From positions 372,001 to 436,000 of the forward strand of contig JBBPEB010000015.1 in the NCBI GenBank assembly GCA_039096225.1: DNA of 64,000 nucleotides. Reading direction: 5' to 3'. The notes under the pieces are model-generated. The model saw only the letters and a list, made by a program, of their open reading frames with translations. It was not told the DNA's origin and did not search any database. The position numbers and the translations under genes were made by a program. Below, piece by piece: positions 1-12,180 of this stretch. The stretch is from Blastocystis sp. Blastoise (lineage: Eukaryota; Protista; Bigyra: Opalinata). Position 1 is the first letter of the stretch; the number at the start of each line of letters is the position of its first letter.

Positions 1-564
1 TAAATTATGTTTCTATCAAGCCATTATCATATAAGATGAATCAGTTTATGAACAATTTAATCTCAAACAATATAAAACAAGGACAATTTTCCACATTTTT
101 CAATTCAAATTCATAACTTTTTTTCTTCTTCTCTTTATATTGTTTATTTTTATTTTCTTATTTTTCTAACTTATATCACTTAGAATACGTCTTGTCTATT
201 TATCATAACTCAATAAATATTTGTTATTTACTTCTCTTTAAGTTCTGTTTTCTTTTGTTTCTGATTAATAGTCAAAGGACGCACTGTCTCAAGTTTCTCA
301 TAAACACAAATGTTTTACTAAATAACCATGATTCTCATTATACTTGCCTGTATAATTTATAAATAATCAGTCTAATCTTGTGAGAACAAAAATTTTCATT
401 GATGAAAACACAAAAATACTTGATTAATCATTGGTCTATTTTAATACTGTCATTTTCTGAGGAGTGTCGTCATTTCTTATTGTTTACGTGAAGAGAAGAA
501 AGTTTCACAATTTTGAAACAATTTACATTGTTTATAATTTAATTCATGAATCCATGCTGTAATC

Positions 565-2502
565 ATGGATCAAAGAGTATATACACAAACATCCGAGGAA
601 TTACTTCCTGTACAGATTATTTGTAGTTATATATTTCATATATTGTACTTAATATCTGGGATCTTCTTAGGATTGTTTTCTATGACATTTCTCGACGCTG
701 CTTATTTTTTGATATCTTGTATTGTAGTGATCATCATTAGCTATGAAGTCTTAACTTTAGTACTTGGCTTATTTATTGAAGAGATTAATACAACAATTAG
801 GTATTTTTGCTTTTATTTTATTTATTCTTAAAATTTAACATAATTATAAATACTTATAATTCTTCTGTTTCATCTATTGAGATAGTTTTCTTATCATGAT
901 ATATATATTATATAGTATTTCTTTTTTATTGAGTATTGTACTTGGTGTGATCAATGGCTTTATTTCTTTTTATAAATATTTATATGGAACATTTTGGCTA
1001 GGTGTATCGAATGGATTCTTTTTAGCATGGGTGTTAAATGACTTTATATTTAGTTATTTCATACAAAATTATATTCTTACTGCATTGTATATTATTCTAT
1101 TCAATCGATTTTTATTTATTTTTATTATTTTTATCAACTATTATTAAGTTTTCATTCTCTATTTTCTTCAGTTTCATTGTTCTTTGTTCATCTGCGTGTA
1201 TATTTCTCCAATTTCTCAACTCTGAAATTATTAAACTAACAATGTTTTCGGTTTTTGGAACATTTCTCACAGTCATGTAAATATGAGATTATAGATATAT
1301 GTTTTTTAATTATTTTTAATTACTTTTTGAATCTATTCTCTATTAGTTAGTTATATCACATATTTCTTTATACTTAATATATAAATAGGTCTCTTGGTTT
1401 CTTCTTTGGTCATTGTCGTATGATCTTCATCTTTACACCGATTTCAGATCATTCATTTACCCTCTATGTATATATATATATATATTTATGTTTATATATA
1501 TACTGAATGTTATTTTTATATGTTTTTATTCATATTTACTTGAATTCTTTTTCTTATTACATATTTAATAGTTTTAATTTGTATTCATTATTCTCTATAC
1601 ATTCGGATATATTTGCTTATTTTTTATTCTCCTTATTCTTTCTATTTACCTTCATCGTTATATCTATCGTCATAACAGAATTCGAAGAAAGTATATTTAT
1701 ATATCAATTATATTCATTTATATATATATTAATTATAGTCATCATTATATATATAATTATATATTAATAATTTTATATATATTAATCATATTCATCATTA
1801 TATATATATTAATCATATTCTTCATTAAATTCCTATAATTTATGAATAACTATTTACATATATATATATAGCCATTCTACATTAGAATACCTGGCGCCTT
1901 CTTCGTCACGTTCTCAATTATCTAGTTTCTCTTTTGGTCATTTTTCATTTCGTACACATTTACCTTCATTATTTCCTTATTTTGCAGGTATTCAACATAT
2001 TGAGCTTCAAGAATGTGATTCTCGTGGAAATATCTTCAGTTTAAATCATTCTCCATTTTATATTGATAGTAGTATTTTTGATAGTGATGAAGAAGATAGT
2101 AATGGTCCATATCGACCTGTAGAACCTGGATTATTAGGTTTATATCGAAAGAAACAAGAAGTTCAACAAGAAGAATCCTCTGTAACTATTAATATCCCGC
2201 GGTTATCAAGTAATAATAGTGTGGCTAGTACATCTACAACAACAACTACTACTGCTACTAGTTATATATCTGCGAATCAACCTCTTAAAATAGGTCATCA
2301 CCCTATGGGAAGTACAAGCAGTCTTCCTCCTCATTCAAAACCTTCTCTTGTTTCTGTTCTTTCTCCTCCTCATTCCATTCCTAACCCCTTAACTATTGAT
2401 ACATATAATACTATAGGATCGGATAAATGTCCTACAACTACTTCTAATGGAAGAAAACGATATAAATCTTTATTTGAACAAGAAGTCCTATCAGATAATT
2501 AA
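565..2502 (+). CDS. Multi-exon polytopic membrane protein (possibly TM7S3/TMEM198, DUF4203-like) with Ser/Thr/Pro-rich C-terminal tail
   Basis: Hydrophobic exons (YLISGIFLGLFSM, SIVLGVINGF, MFSVFGTFLTVM|SLGFFFGH) separated by AT-rich introns; long last exon 1872-2502. Some junctions uncertain; family call is a pattern impression. Confidence 0.5.
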
Positions 2503-3127
2503 AAGAATATATGTATTATCACAGATTATTCTTTCTTTGTCGATTTTATATTATCATCATTTATTGATTTATATATATTATGTTATATATGTATCCTGTA
2601 TATATGAGCTATACAATATATACATATTTTCTTCATAATTATAATTATTATACATGAACTATATTTTCCTTCTATTAATTAATATCACTTGTAACTACTG
2701 CGCACTGTTGATCACTTTTTCATGATTTCACTCTTTCTGTTTTCTTTTCAATATTTTTATGAAAATTTTCTTTTTTGTTTCTTTCCTATTTTTTTTATAT
2801 GTAATCTTTCTTTTCCACTTTTTTTATGTGTTATTTTAGGTCTTCTCTTTGTCTTTTTTTATATTTTTCTTAAGGTCCTTTTGTCTTAACGCTTTTGCAT
2901 ATATTTTTTCATTTTGTCTTTCTTGTTTGTTTTTTTGTTTTTTGGAATTAAATACTTTGTTTATTTTACAACAATATTTTCAATTGTATTTAGATAGAAC
3001 TGTAACACTAAGGAGAAAATAATATGAAGAAATTAAAATATAAACTAGAGTAGATACTGTCCACAACATTTGAAGAAGTAAAATTAATGTAAGAACTAAT
3101 ATATACTAATCCACAAATGAAAGTTAA

Positions 3128-4662
3128 CACTCCTTTCAAAAACCCAAGAATTTTCAAAAACCCAAGAATTTCTAAAAAAATCGTTGTTTTTGACTGAAAA
3201 ATGGCTTGTTTTCAATGCTTTATTTTGTTATGCATAATCTTATATTAATTGTAAACTCATTTAAATAATCATAGATATCTATATGACTCTATATGAAATG
3301 CTATTTTTACATTACTTCCCTTAATTAGATATATGACCTATTTTTTGAGCACAATATCTGACCTCATAATTATGTATATAGCATCTTTCACATATCGAGT
3401 GTATTGTATTAAAATATAAAGTATATTTTATTCACTTGGAAGAATAGAAAAAACTTGAAGATTTACTTGTTTTGTTTTTTTCATAAAAATTAAATTTTCA
3501 AAAAGAATATGATTAATATATAAAAGATGATATGTGACAAAATAAGAAAACAATATTTTTAATGTTATTTATTGAATAATTGTTGAATGAGAAGAGTTTG
3601 TTTTTTTATCTTTTTTTAACTTTTTTATACTTATAATTTAATTTCATTAGTTTATGTTAAATTGACAATAAATACTATTGTAGGATTATTTAAAAAATAT
3701 ATTTTAAAGATTCAATTAAGAAACAATAGGGTCAGTTTTGTTAATTTAGCTTTCAACAATTTTTTTTTTATCAAGATATTTCTTATTACACATTTGCTGT
3801 GTCTATACAGTTATGCACCTTCTTTCCCTTTTTCCTGTATATTTTCTAATTCTCAAATATTAAACAAACAGAATCTAAACTCGTTTCTAAAGATACCCAA
3901 AATTTGCCAATATATGCCTCCTTAAATCTTTTAAAAGAGTTACTCATTGTTTAGTTTCGTACAAATAAATATAAAATAATTCGCTAATTCGCTTTTGCTT
4001 TTCAATATTCTTGTTTAACCAATTGTTAAGTGTTGTCGAACAAATCGGCTAATAATCAGCTTTTGTATTTATAGACTAGACGAGATATTATATATTATTT
4101 TACTACTCTTAATACTCTATTTATCTATGTTATTCCTAAATTATATATTTTAATTCTTTTCAAGATATATTTATGTAAAATTCATTCCGATTCTCGTTTG
4201 TTTCATCTTATTATCATAGAATAAAAACATTCTACTTTATATGTAGCATAGAAACATTGTTGAGAATCCATAAAAGCTATTTTTAAATAATGGTCACTAA
4301 AGTAAAGACACTTAAACCACACATTTGGTTTATACTAAAAAATAGCTATTTATTTTGTAAACTCAAACCTTAATCCATAATAAAAATAATTACAACACAC
4401 TACCTGTTATAATGAATGATATGTTATGTCAATAGTCTATGACGAAATTTCATCATATTTTCAACAAAATGTTGAACAGCACTGTATATAAACGATATCT
4501 TTTTCATAAAACTTGTAGTAAGTATCAAAGTAGATTATATGCATTTATTATGCCATAAAAACGTAAATAGCAATAAATAAAGTCATTAATAAACTTAAAA
4601 AAAAGGGTGTTTTTCGCGAAATTCTTGGGTTTTTGAAAATTCTTGGGTTTTTGAAAGGAGTG
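3128..4662. mobile_element. Non-autonomous TIR DNA transposon, 1535 bp, CACT...AGTG ends, TAA target-site duplication
   Basis: Perfect 45-bp inverted repeats at 3128-3172 and 4618-4662 (CACTCCTTTCAAAAACCCAAGAATTTTCAAAAACCCAAGAATTTC); TAA on both flanks (3125-3127, 4663-4665); no recognisable transposase inside. Confidence 0.85.
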
Positions 4663-4965
4663 TAAAATAATTAGAGCAAAACAAATAATAAATAGAATTA
4701 ATTTTATTAAATAAAGAAAGAATTAGTATATTCATGATATGAAAAGAAGGAAACAATGTATAAGGATAGAAAAGTGAAAAAGGAAAATGAAAAAAAAAAT
4801 AAAGCAAATAGATATAAATACGATGATAATGTTACAATAAAAAAAAGATAGAGTTGAAAAATATAATTATTTCTTCTAAGGAAATATATAGGAATAAAAT
4901 AATATTATGGTGAGAAAATCGAATAGAAAACGGAAAGAGATAGCAATTATAGATATAAAAAGTTT

Positions 4966-5704
4966 TTAATTCAATTTATAAAGTCTGTCAATAGCATCTT
5001 TACCTTTAAATGAACGGAAATAGGGCTATATATATTATATTATTATTTATAAATATTACATTAAATATATTAATAACTTTAATAGTATAATAAATAATAT
5101 ATAAATATAATATGAATATAAAAATGGATAACATACATGTTGTAGAGCTCGAAGAGGAGTATATTCGACTTCTCGTTCTGTTTGAAGCAATAAATGAAGT
5201 AGATGAAGACGAGATACGTCACGTAATAATGCTTTATTCCCATATATATTCAACGACTCGAGACGCTTCTATAGAAATAATTATATATAGAATATATAAA
5301 GCATATATATAAAGTATAGAATATAAAATATTTAAAAAAAGTTTTAAAAAGTTGAACAGATAATTATATATATATATATATATATATGTACAGAGAATAT
5401 TTTATCCATGCATTTTCTGGCACTTCTATCACTAGTTTCATAAACACACATTTCGCGGTATATAAGCCGCCTACATTCAAGATTAAGATCCTCATCCGTC
5501 TATAGAAATAATAATAATTACTATTATTATATATATATAGAATATAATATTTAAACATCATTCTATAGAAATAGTAGTTAGTATATATATATATATAACT
5601 ATATATATATATACAATTAAACGATTATTCTTCTTAATCATAATTATTTGTCGTGGTGAACAGGAATAAAGATCTCGATGACCTAACATCATCTAAAGAA
5701 AATT

Positions 5705-5746
<42 letters not shown>

Positions 5747-5785
5747 TTCCATCATTAAAACACCTACACTCCACATATCATATTG

Positions 5786-5849
<64 letters not shown>

Positions 5850-7337
5850 TATACATAAGTATATTCATAATCTTTTCCATGTTCAATAACTCCTGGAGGT
5901 GCGTAAACCGCGGTTATCTCGTCATTTGATGGAGCTTTATAAGGATATAAATAAGGAGTTGAATTTGTATATAAAGCACTACCCCAATCAATCTATATAT
6001 AAATATATAATTTATGTTAATACAAATAAGTGATTAAGAATAATAATAATAATAATAAGAATAAGAATAATAATAATAATAAATAATATATACCAAAGTG
6101 ATTTTGAATATATCTTTATCTTTAGATATACATATATTTTCTGGTTTAATATCTCTATGAATAACCTTATGATTCTGTATATAATTTAATATATGAAATA
6201 ATTGGTAAAAGATCGACTTGAAAATAAAATCAGACTCCTGTAAAGCATACCAAAAAGATGAGGGTTGTATAATTCCATTACTATTCTTATAAATAGAATT
6301 ATAAAGTGATTCTCCCTCATATTTGTATATTAACCACGGGATATAGAGAAGATGATCTGGTCTTAATGTACTATAATATATATAGTTATAAAGTATGATA
6401 TATATATAGATATACTGATAATTAATATTAATGCCAACTTGTTCGATATAACATTGTTGTAGTCTATATATAAAATATATAACATATATAACATATATAA
6501 TATATACCTTGTTATTCCTGGATAATTTAAATATAATCCAAAGAACAATTCTCGTCGAGCAGTAATTAACTTATCTATACCTTTTTCCTATATATTAATA
6601 TACATATACATAAACTTTTATAAACAGAATACAAAATTATTATAAATAATAAAAACATGAAAATGAAATAATATATAAATATAGTATATATATACAACAG
6701 AGATTCTCTTAAGAACATAATAGTCTTTATCTTCATTATTTGTTGATTGACCTAACCAGACATGACCAAATTTCCCTCCTGCAAAAGCATCTTCAGAAAT
6801 ATTGAAAATATTTGTTGATATATCACAATGATTACGTAAATCTTCTATTATTTCATCTATATATATAATTATTATTATACATATATATAATATAAATATG
6901 AATAATTAAGGTAATTATTGAAAAACATACCGAAGGCATCATTATCATATCGAACAAACACAAGATCGCAATTATGAGTTCTCTATAGAAATAAATAAAT
7001 ATAATTCATAAATTCATAGATTATATACATTTGCTCCTACTACAATAGCTTGAGACCCTCTTAAATTTGAAGGAGATTCATCTTCCAGCTCATCTTCATC
7101 ATCATGAAGATTATTAGCAGAACCTGTAGACAAAGATAATGCTAATGAATCATCATCAATCTTTCGAATTAATCTGTATCTATCTTCACTTCCAATAGAT
7201 ACTCCCCTTAGATCTGAGGAAAGAGGACGAATTAAAATTTCTTGACTAGATTGAAGTGCAACTTCCTTTGAATCTTCAGCTGAACAGAAAAGAATGAGTT
7301 GAAGAATCAAAAACAACCAAAGGAATGTCTTCTTCAT
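4966..7337 (-). CDS. Protein kinase with N-terminal signal peptide (about 11 exons)
   Basis: Spliced translation: MKKTFLWLFLILQLILFCSA..., FAGGKFGHVW, YVLKR, RRE, HRDIKPEN, IDWGSA, YAPPG, DMWSVG, ALQHPYF. Confidence 0.85.
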
Positions 7338-7550
7338 CCTTGATAGAATCCATTCATGTATAAAACACATTCTTTTAAACAAAGAATAAATAAAAAAAGA
7401 AGAATCTACACAGTCCCACAGATCTTCTCTCTATACACAGTTATTTTTCGATATTTTCATTCAGAGTTGGACTGGCTTCTACACGCCGTTATTTACCCAA
7501 TAAGAATCCCACCATTTTTCTATAAACAAGAGAATCTATCAATTCTAACT

Positions 7551-7561
7551 AGATCACCCTA
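7551..7561 (+). promoter_or_regulatory. AGATCACCCTA motif upstream of RPS12
   Basis: Identical 11-mer at a similar distance upstream of RPL27. Confidence 0.55.
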
Positions 7562-7790
7562 AATTCCCACGAAAATATTTTTCAATGTTTTTTTGACGCT
7601 AAAGAATTTGGTTCGACCAATACTATTGGCTAAAAAGCTGTTTACCAATAGAATACTATAAAAAAAGAAAAACCAATAAACAATAGAGAAATATATAATT
7701 ATCATGGAAACAATCACTAAACAGAATTTTTATATTTTTTGCCATAAAAAGTTATATTTATATAATACTCTCTAAGGACACCATAATAAA

Positions 7791-8243
7791 ATGGCTGAGG
7801 AAGTTGCTAATACTACTCCTGTTACTGAACCCGTTGCTGAACCCGCTGCTGTTGCCGCCCCCGTCGAAGAACCTCTTGATACCATGAGTGCTCTTAAGAT
7901 CGTTCTTAAGAACGCTATGTTCCATGATGGTCTCCAACGTGGTCTCCGTGTAGCTGTCAAGGCTCTTGATAGAAAGGCTGCTCGTCTCTGTTGTTTAGCT
8001 GATGACTGTGATGAAGCTGCTTACAAGAGACTCGTTCAAGCTCTCTGTAAGGATAACAGTATCCCTCTCATTCAAGTTCCCGAAAGCAAGACTCTCGGTG
8101 AATGGTGCGGTCTCTGCAAGATCGATGCTGAAGGTAATGCCAGAAAGGTTGCTAAGTGCTCTTGCTGTGTTATTACTAACTTCGGTGAAGATTGTGCTGC
8201 TCTCGGTGTTGTTCTTAACTACATCAAAGAACACAGCAACTAA
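7791..8243 (+). CDS. RPS12: 40S ribosomal protein S12 (eS12), intronless
   Basis: HDGLQRGLR, LCCLADDCDE, LGEWCGLCKIDAEGNARKV motifs; biased codon usage. Confidence 0.97.
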   Translation: MAEEVANTTPVTEPVAEPAAVAAPVEEPLDTMSALKIVLKNAMFHDGLQRGLRVAVKALDRKAARLCCLADDCDEAAYKRLVQALCKDNSIPLIQVPESKTLGEWCGLCKIDAEGNARKVAKCSCCVITNFGEDCAALGVVLNYIKEHSN

Positions 8244-8467
8244 ATTCATTGTAATTTGTTGAGATAGTTCAAAAATTTGTTTTGTTTTATTTTTTTTTTA
8301 TCAGTGTTAATTTCATTTTAATGCTAAACAACTTATTAAAAGCAGATTAATACAAAAATCATTATAGAATAGGTGTAAAAAAGAAAGAAAAATATTAAAA
8401 TAACTGATTCTTTCTGAAAAAACTTGTAAATACTTTTTTTTTGTTAAAAGAATAAAGCTGAGTAATA

Positions 8468-11400
8468 ATGAGTAAAAAAACTAAAGAGAAGATGAAAGAA
8501 AGGAAAGCTGAAGCAAAAGAACAAAAAAAACAAGAAGAAAAGAAACAAGTCAATAACATTAATGAGAAGAAAGAATCAAATAGCAAGGGGAATAGAAGAA
8601 AACAAGTAGAAGAGGAAGTGAAACCAAAGACATATAAGAAACATTCATATGAAGATACAAGTTCTGAGAATTGGAGTGTTCCAGAGAGATTACCTATTGA
8701 TGAAAGATTAGTCATTGGTATATATTTTATTTCTCTTCATATTTATATATATATGTATATTTCTAGGTTTGAATAATATGGGTAACACATGTTTTTTCGA
8801 TTCTCTTGTTCAAAATATAAATAACCTTGATTTAATGCATATCTATTACGATGATATTAATCCTCAATTATATGATCCAACATCTGTTACTATTGGTATC
8901 AATTCCTTTTTAAGACAAATGTTGAAATCAGATAGTATGATAATAATTTATATATATATATATATATTAATATTGTATTTAATTGTTTTTTTTTTTGTTA
9001 ATGTAGAAAGTCCCTTTTCTCCAAGACAATTATTTAGTTCAATTGCTAAGAAGAGTCCTCGTTTCCGTGGTTTCCATCAACAAGATGCTAATGTATATTT
9101 TTATGTCTATATATATAATAAAAGTAATTATTTATTTATTTCTTAGGAATTATTTACTTGTTTGATTGATTTATTAGATGAAGAAGCCAAGGAAGCTCTT
9201 AATATCGATAAGAAAACTACAATTCTTAATAGAGAAGGCATGTTTTTTTATTTATTATTATTATTATCAATATATTTTTTTATTATATTCACCACATAAC
9301 ATATAATGGCTTCAATTATTATATATATATATATATATAGAACGTACTCCTATTGAAAAAATCTTTGCAGGAGTGACGCAGTCAATTGTTATTTGTCAAA
9401 ATTGTTATAATCCTGTATGTTCTATTCAATACTCTATATTTATTACATTTTTATATTAGTATAATATCCTATTCTATGTTTTTTATCATGTTAATCATAA
9501 ATATGTTATTTTAATTATTATTTATTGTCTTCCTAATTATATAGTCAATTACTCATGTACCTACATTTGCATTAACCTTAACACTTCCTTCTCATGAACA
9601 ATATATGAGACAAGAAAATGAAAGTTTAAAAGCAAGAATGAATCGAATGATGAATATATGTAAAACAAAAATGAGAAATTCAAATCCTTTTAAATCAAAG
9701 AAAGATCAAGAGAACAAAGAGAATAATAACGAGAAAATAGAGAGTACTGAAGAGAAAGAAGAAGAAAAAACAATAGTTCCAGGATTGAAACCTTTAAAAG
9801 AAAGACAGGATATAAGGAAGAAAGCAATCTACCTTGTGAATAAAATGAATGATACATATCAAAAGAATAAAGGAAATCCTACAGATAGGAATACATTACA
9901 GAAGTTAAAAATGGCTTTAGATTATATTCGTGATGTAGCTATTGTTGATGAAGAGAAGAAGAAGAAACAGTATATTGTTGAAATAATTGAATGGAAAGAA
10001 GGCTATACTCAAGATATAGAAGAGAAAGAAGAAATAAAACCACAAATATCATCAGAGTCTTCTGTTAGCAGTGATGTTAATTCTATAAATAGTAATATAA
10101 ATGAAACTACTGTTTCTTCTGCAAACTCTGATAGTAATAATAGTAATAATACTGAAGATAATGCTAAGAGTATTAATAATATTAATGATATAAATAATAA
10201 TATTTCTACTGTCACAAGTTCTAATACTATAAATTCGACTATAACTACTACTACTACTACTACAACTTCAAAAGATATTCAATCAGATAGTTCTACCAAT
10301 ATTCTTAATAATGATACATTATTGGATGATTCACTTCAATCAAACAAGATATATTCTTGTGAACCTGAAGACACTTCGTCACCTAGTCCAGTATTACATG
10401 AAGAAAGAGAAATTCATATAGAAGAAGAATTGAAACCTTCTAGTTGTCTAGAAGACAAGAAAGAACAAATAAACGAAGATTCTAATGATAATAAAGATAT
10501 TAATGATAATAAAAATATTAATGATAATCAAGATATTAATGATAATAAAGACATTAATGATAATCAAGATAATCAACTTACAAAGGATACTAAAGCTACT
10601 GATAATAGTGATATTCCTGAAGATTCATCTATCTCAATAGAAGATAATAAAGACATAATTCAGTCCGTTTCTTCACAAGAAGAGAATAATGATATTCTTG
10701 AAGAACAAAAAATTGATGAACAAATAAAAACAGAGGAAAAAGAAGAAGAAGAGAAAGAAGAAGAAGAGAAAACTTCTTTATATGCTAATACTGATTCTAT
10801 GGATATAAAAATAAGTAAAAGAGATCAGATATATAAGGATTGTCATTTCCATGAGGCTGATCAAACTATTAATAGTGACGCAACACTCCATGAAGCTTTA
10901 CAGAAATATTTCTCAACAGAAACATTACTCACTGAAAATGGTATATAGTATTTTTAATTATTATTTTTTTATTATTCATTATTTAATATATATATATAAT
11001 TTATAGGAGTTGAATATATATGTTCTAAATGTTCAAATAAGAAAGTCAATAGAGATATATGGAAGAGAGCTACTATCGAATCATTACCAAATGTTCTTGT
11101 TATTCACTTCAAAGTATATATATATTTATATAAATATATTATTATAATAATGTATCGTCAATATATATTATATGAATATTTTTGTAGCGTTTTTACCAGA
11201 CATCTCGTGGATCTTATACTAAAAACACTGATTTTGTTAATTTCCCCATTTGTTTAGAAATGAAAGATTTTTGCATGGCATGTATGCATTAATTATATTA
11301 TTATATTTATTATATTTATTATATTTATTATATATATTATTTATTATATTTATTATTTATTATATATATTATATTGATTATATTGATTATATTTATTATA

Positions 11401-11757
11401 TTTATTATATTATCTTTCTCATAGCATTACAGAATGAAGACACATGGTACACTCTTTCAGGTGTAGTGAATCATTCGGGAAGTTTAAGTGGAGGGCATTA
11501 CACTTGTTATATTAAAGGAAGAGATGAACAGTATATATATACTATATATATTAATATTTTTTATACTCTTTTTTTTTTTTTTTTTACTATATAATTCATT
11601 TATTATGATTATTTTATCATATTTAATCTTTATATTTTATAGATGGTATTATATAAGTGATTCTTATGCTGCTCCTGCTACGGAAAAACAAGTTTTAAGT
11701 TCAGAAGCTTATATGCTCTTTTATGTAAGAAATACTCAAACGAACTTTGATAATTAA
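8468..11757 (+). CDS. Ubiquitin carboxyl-terminal hydrolase, USP16/USP45-like (10 exons, no N-terminal ZnF-UBP seen)
   Basis: Cys box GLNNMGNTCFF, RFRGFHQQDANEL, LVIHFKRF, His box GVVNHSGSLSGGHYTCY, WYYISDS, EAYMLFY; large acidic/Asn-rich insertion. Confidence 0.9.
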
Positions 11758-12180
11758 TTACTTTCACTTTATACTTCTACAGATACAATCAAAATAGTTA
11801 TCAGAGTTTGCTATCATGAATAAAAACACTCATTTATTATTATTCATATGCATTTTCTTTTTGTATTTCTTTGTTTTCTCATTTCGTTTCTTTTTCTGTT
11901 TTCTCTGTGAAGTATAAGTTGATATTATTGTTACTTTGTTCTATAATTAAACTAATTTTTTTTTTCTATTTTTCTATTTCGATATCTATTTTATCCAAAA
12001 TTACTGTCTTGTGATATAGAGCTCTCAAAAAATAAAAACATGTTTTCTTTAAGAATAAAATTAAAAAAAAAGAAAAATACGAATAGAATTTTCCCATTTT
12101 TTGTCAGTTAAGTTTGAGAGCAAATGAAGTGAATAAAAATTCTTTATTGTTTTTTATTATTCTTTTTAGTTATTCTAACA

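Noticed and set aside
5558-5563. Possible 6-nt micro-exon (AATGAT) in the kinase gene
   Set aside because: The frame is preserved with or without it, so it cannot be supported without RNA data.
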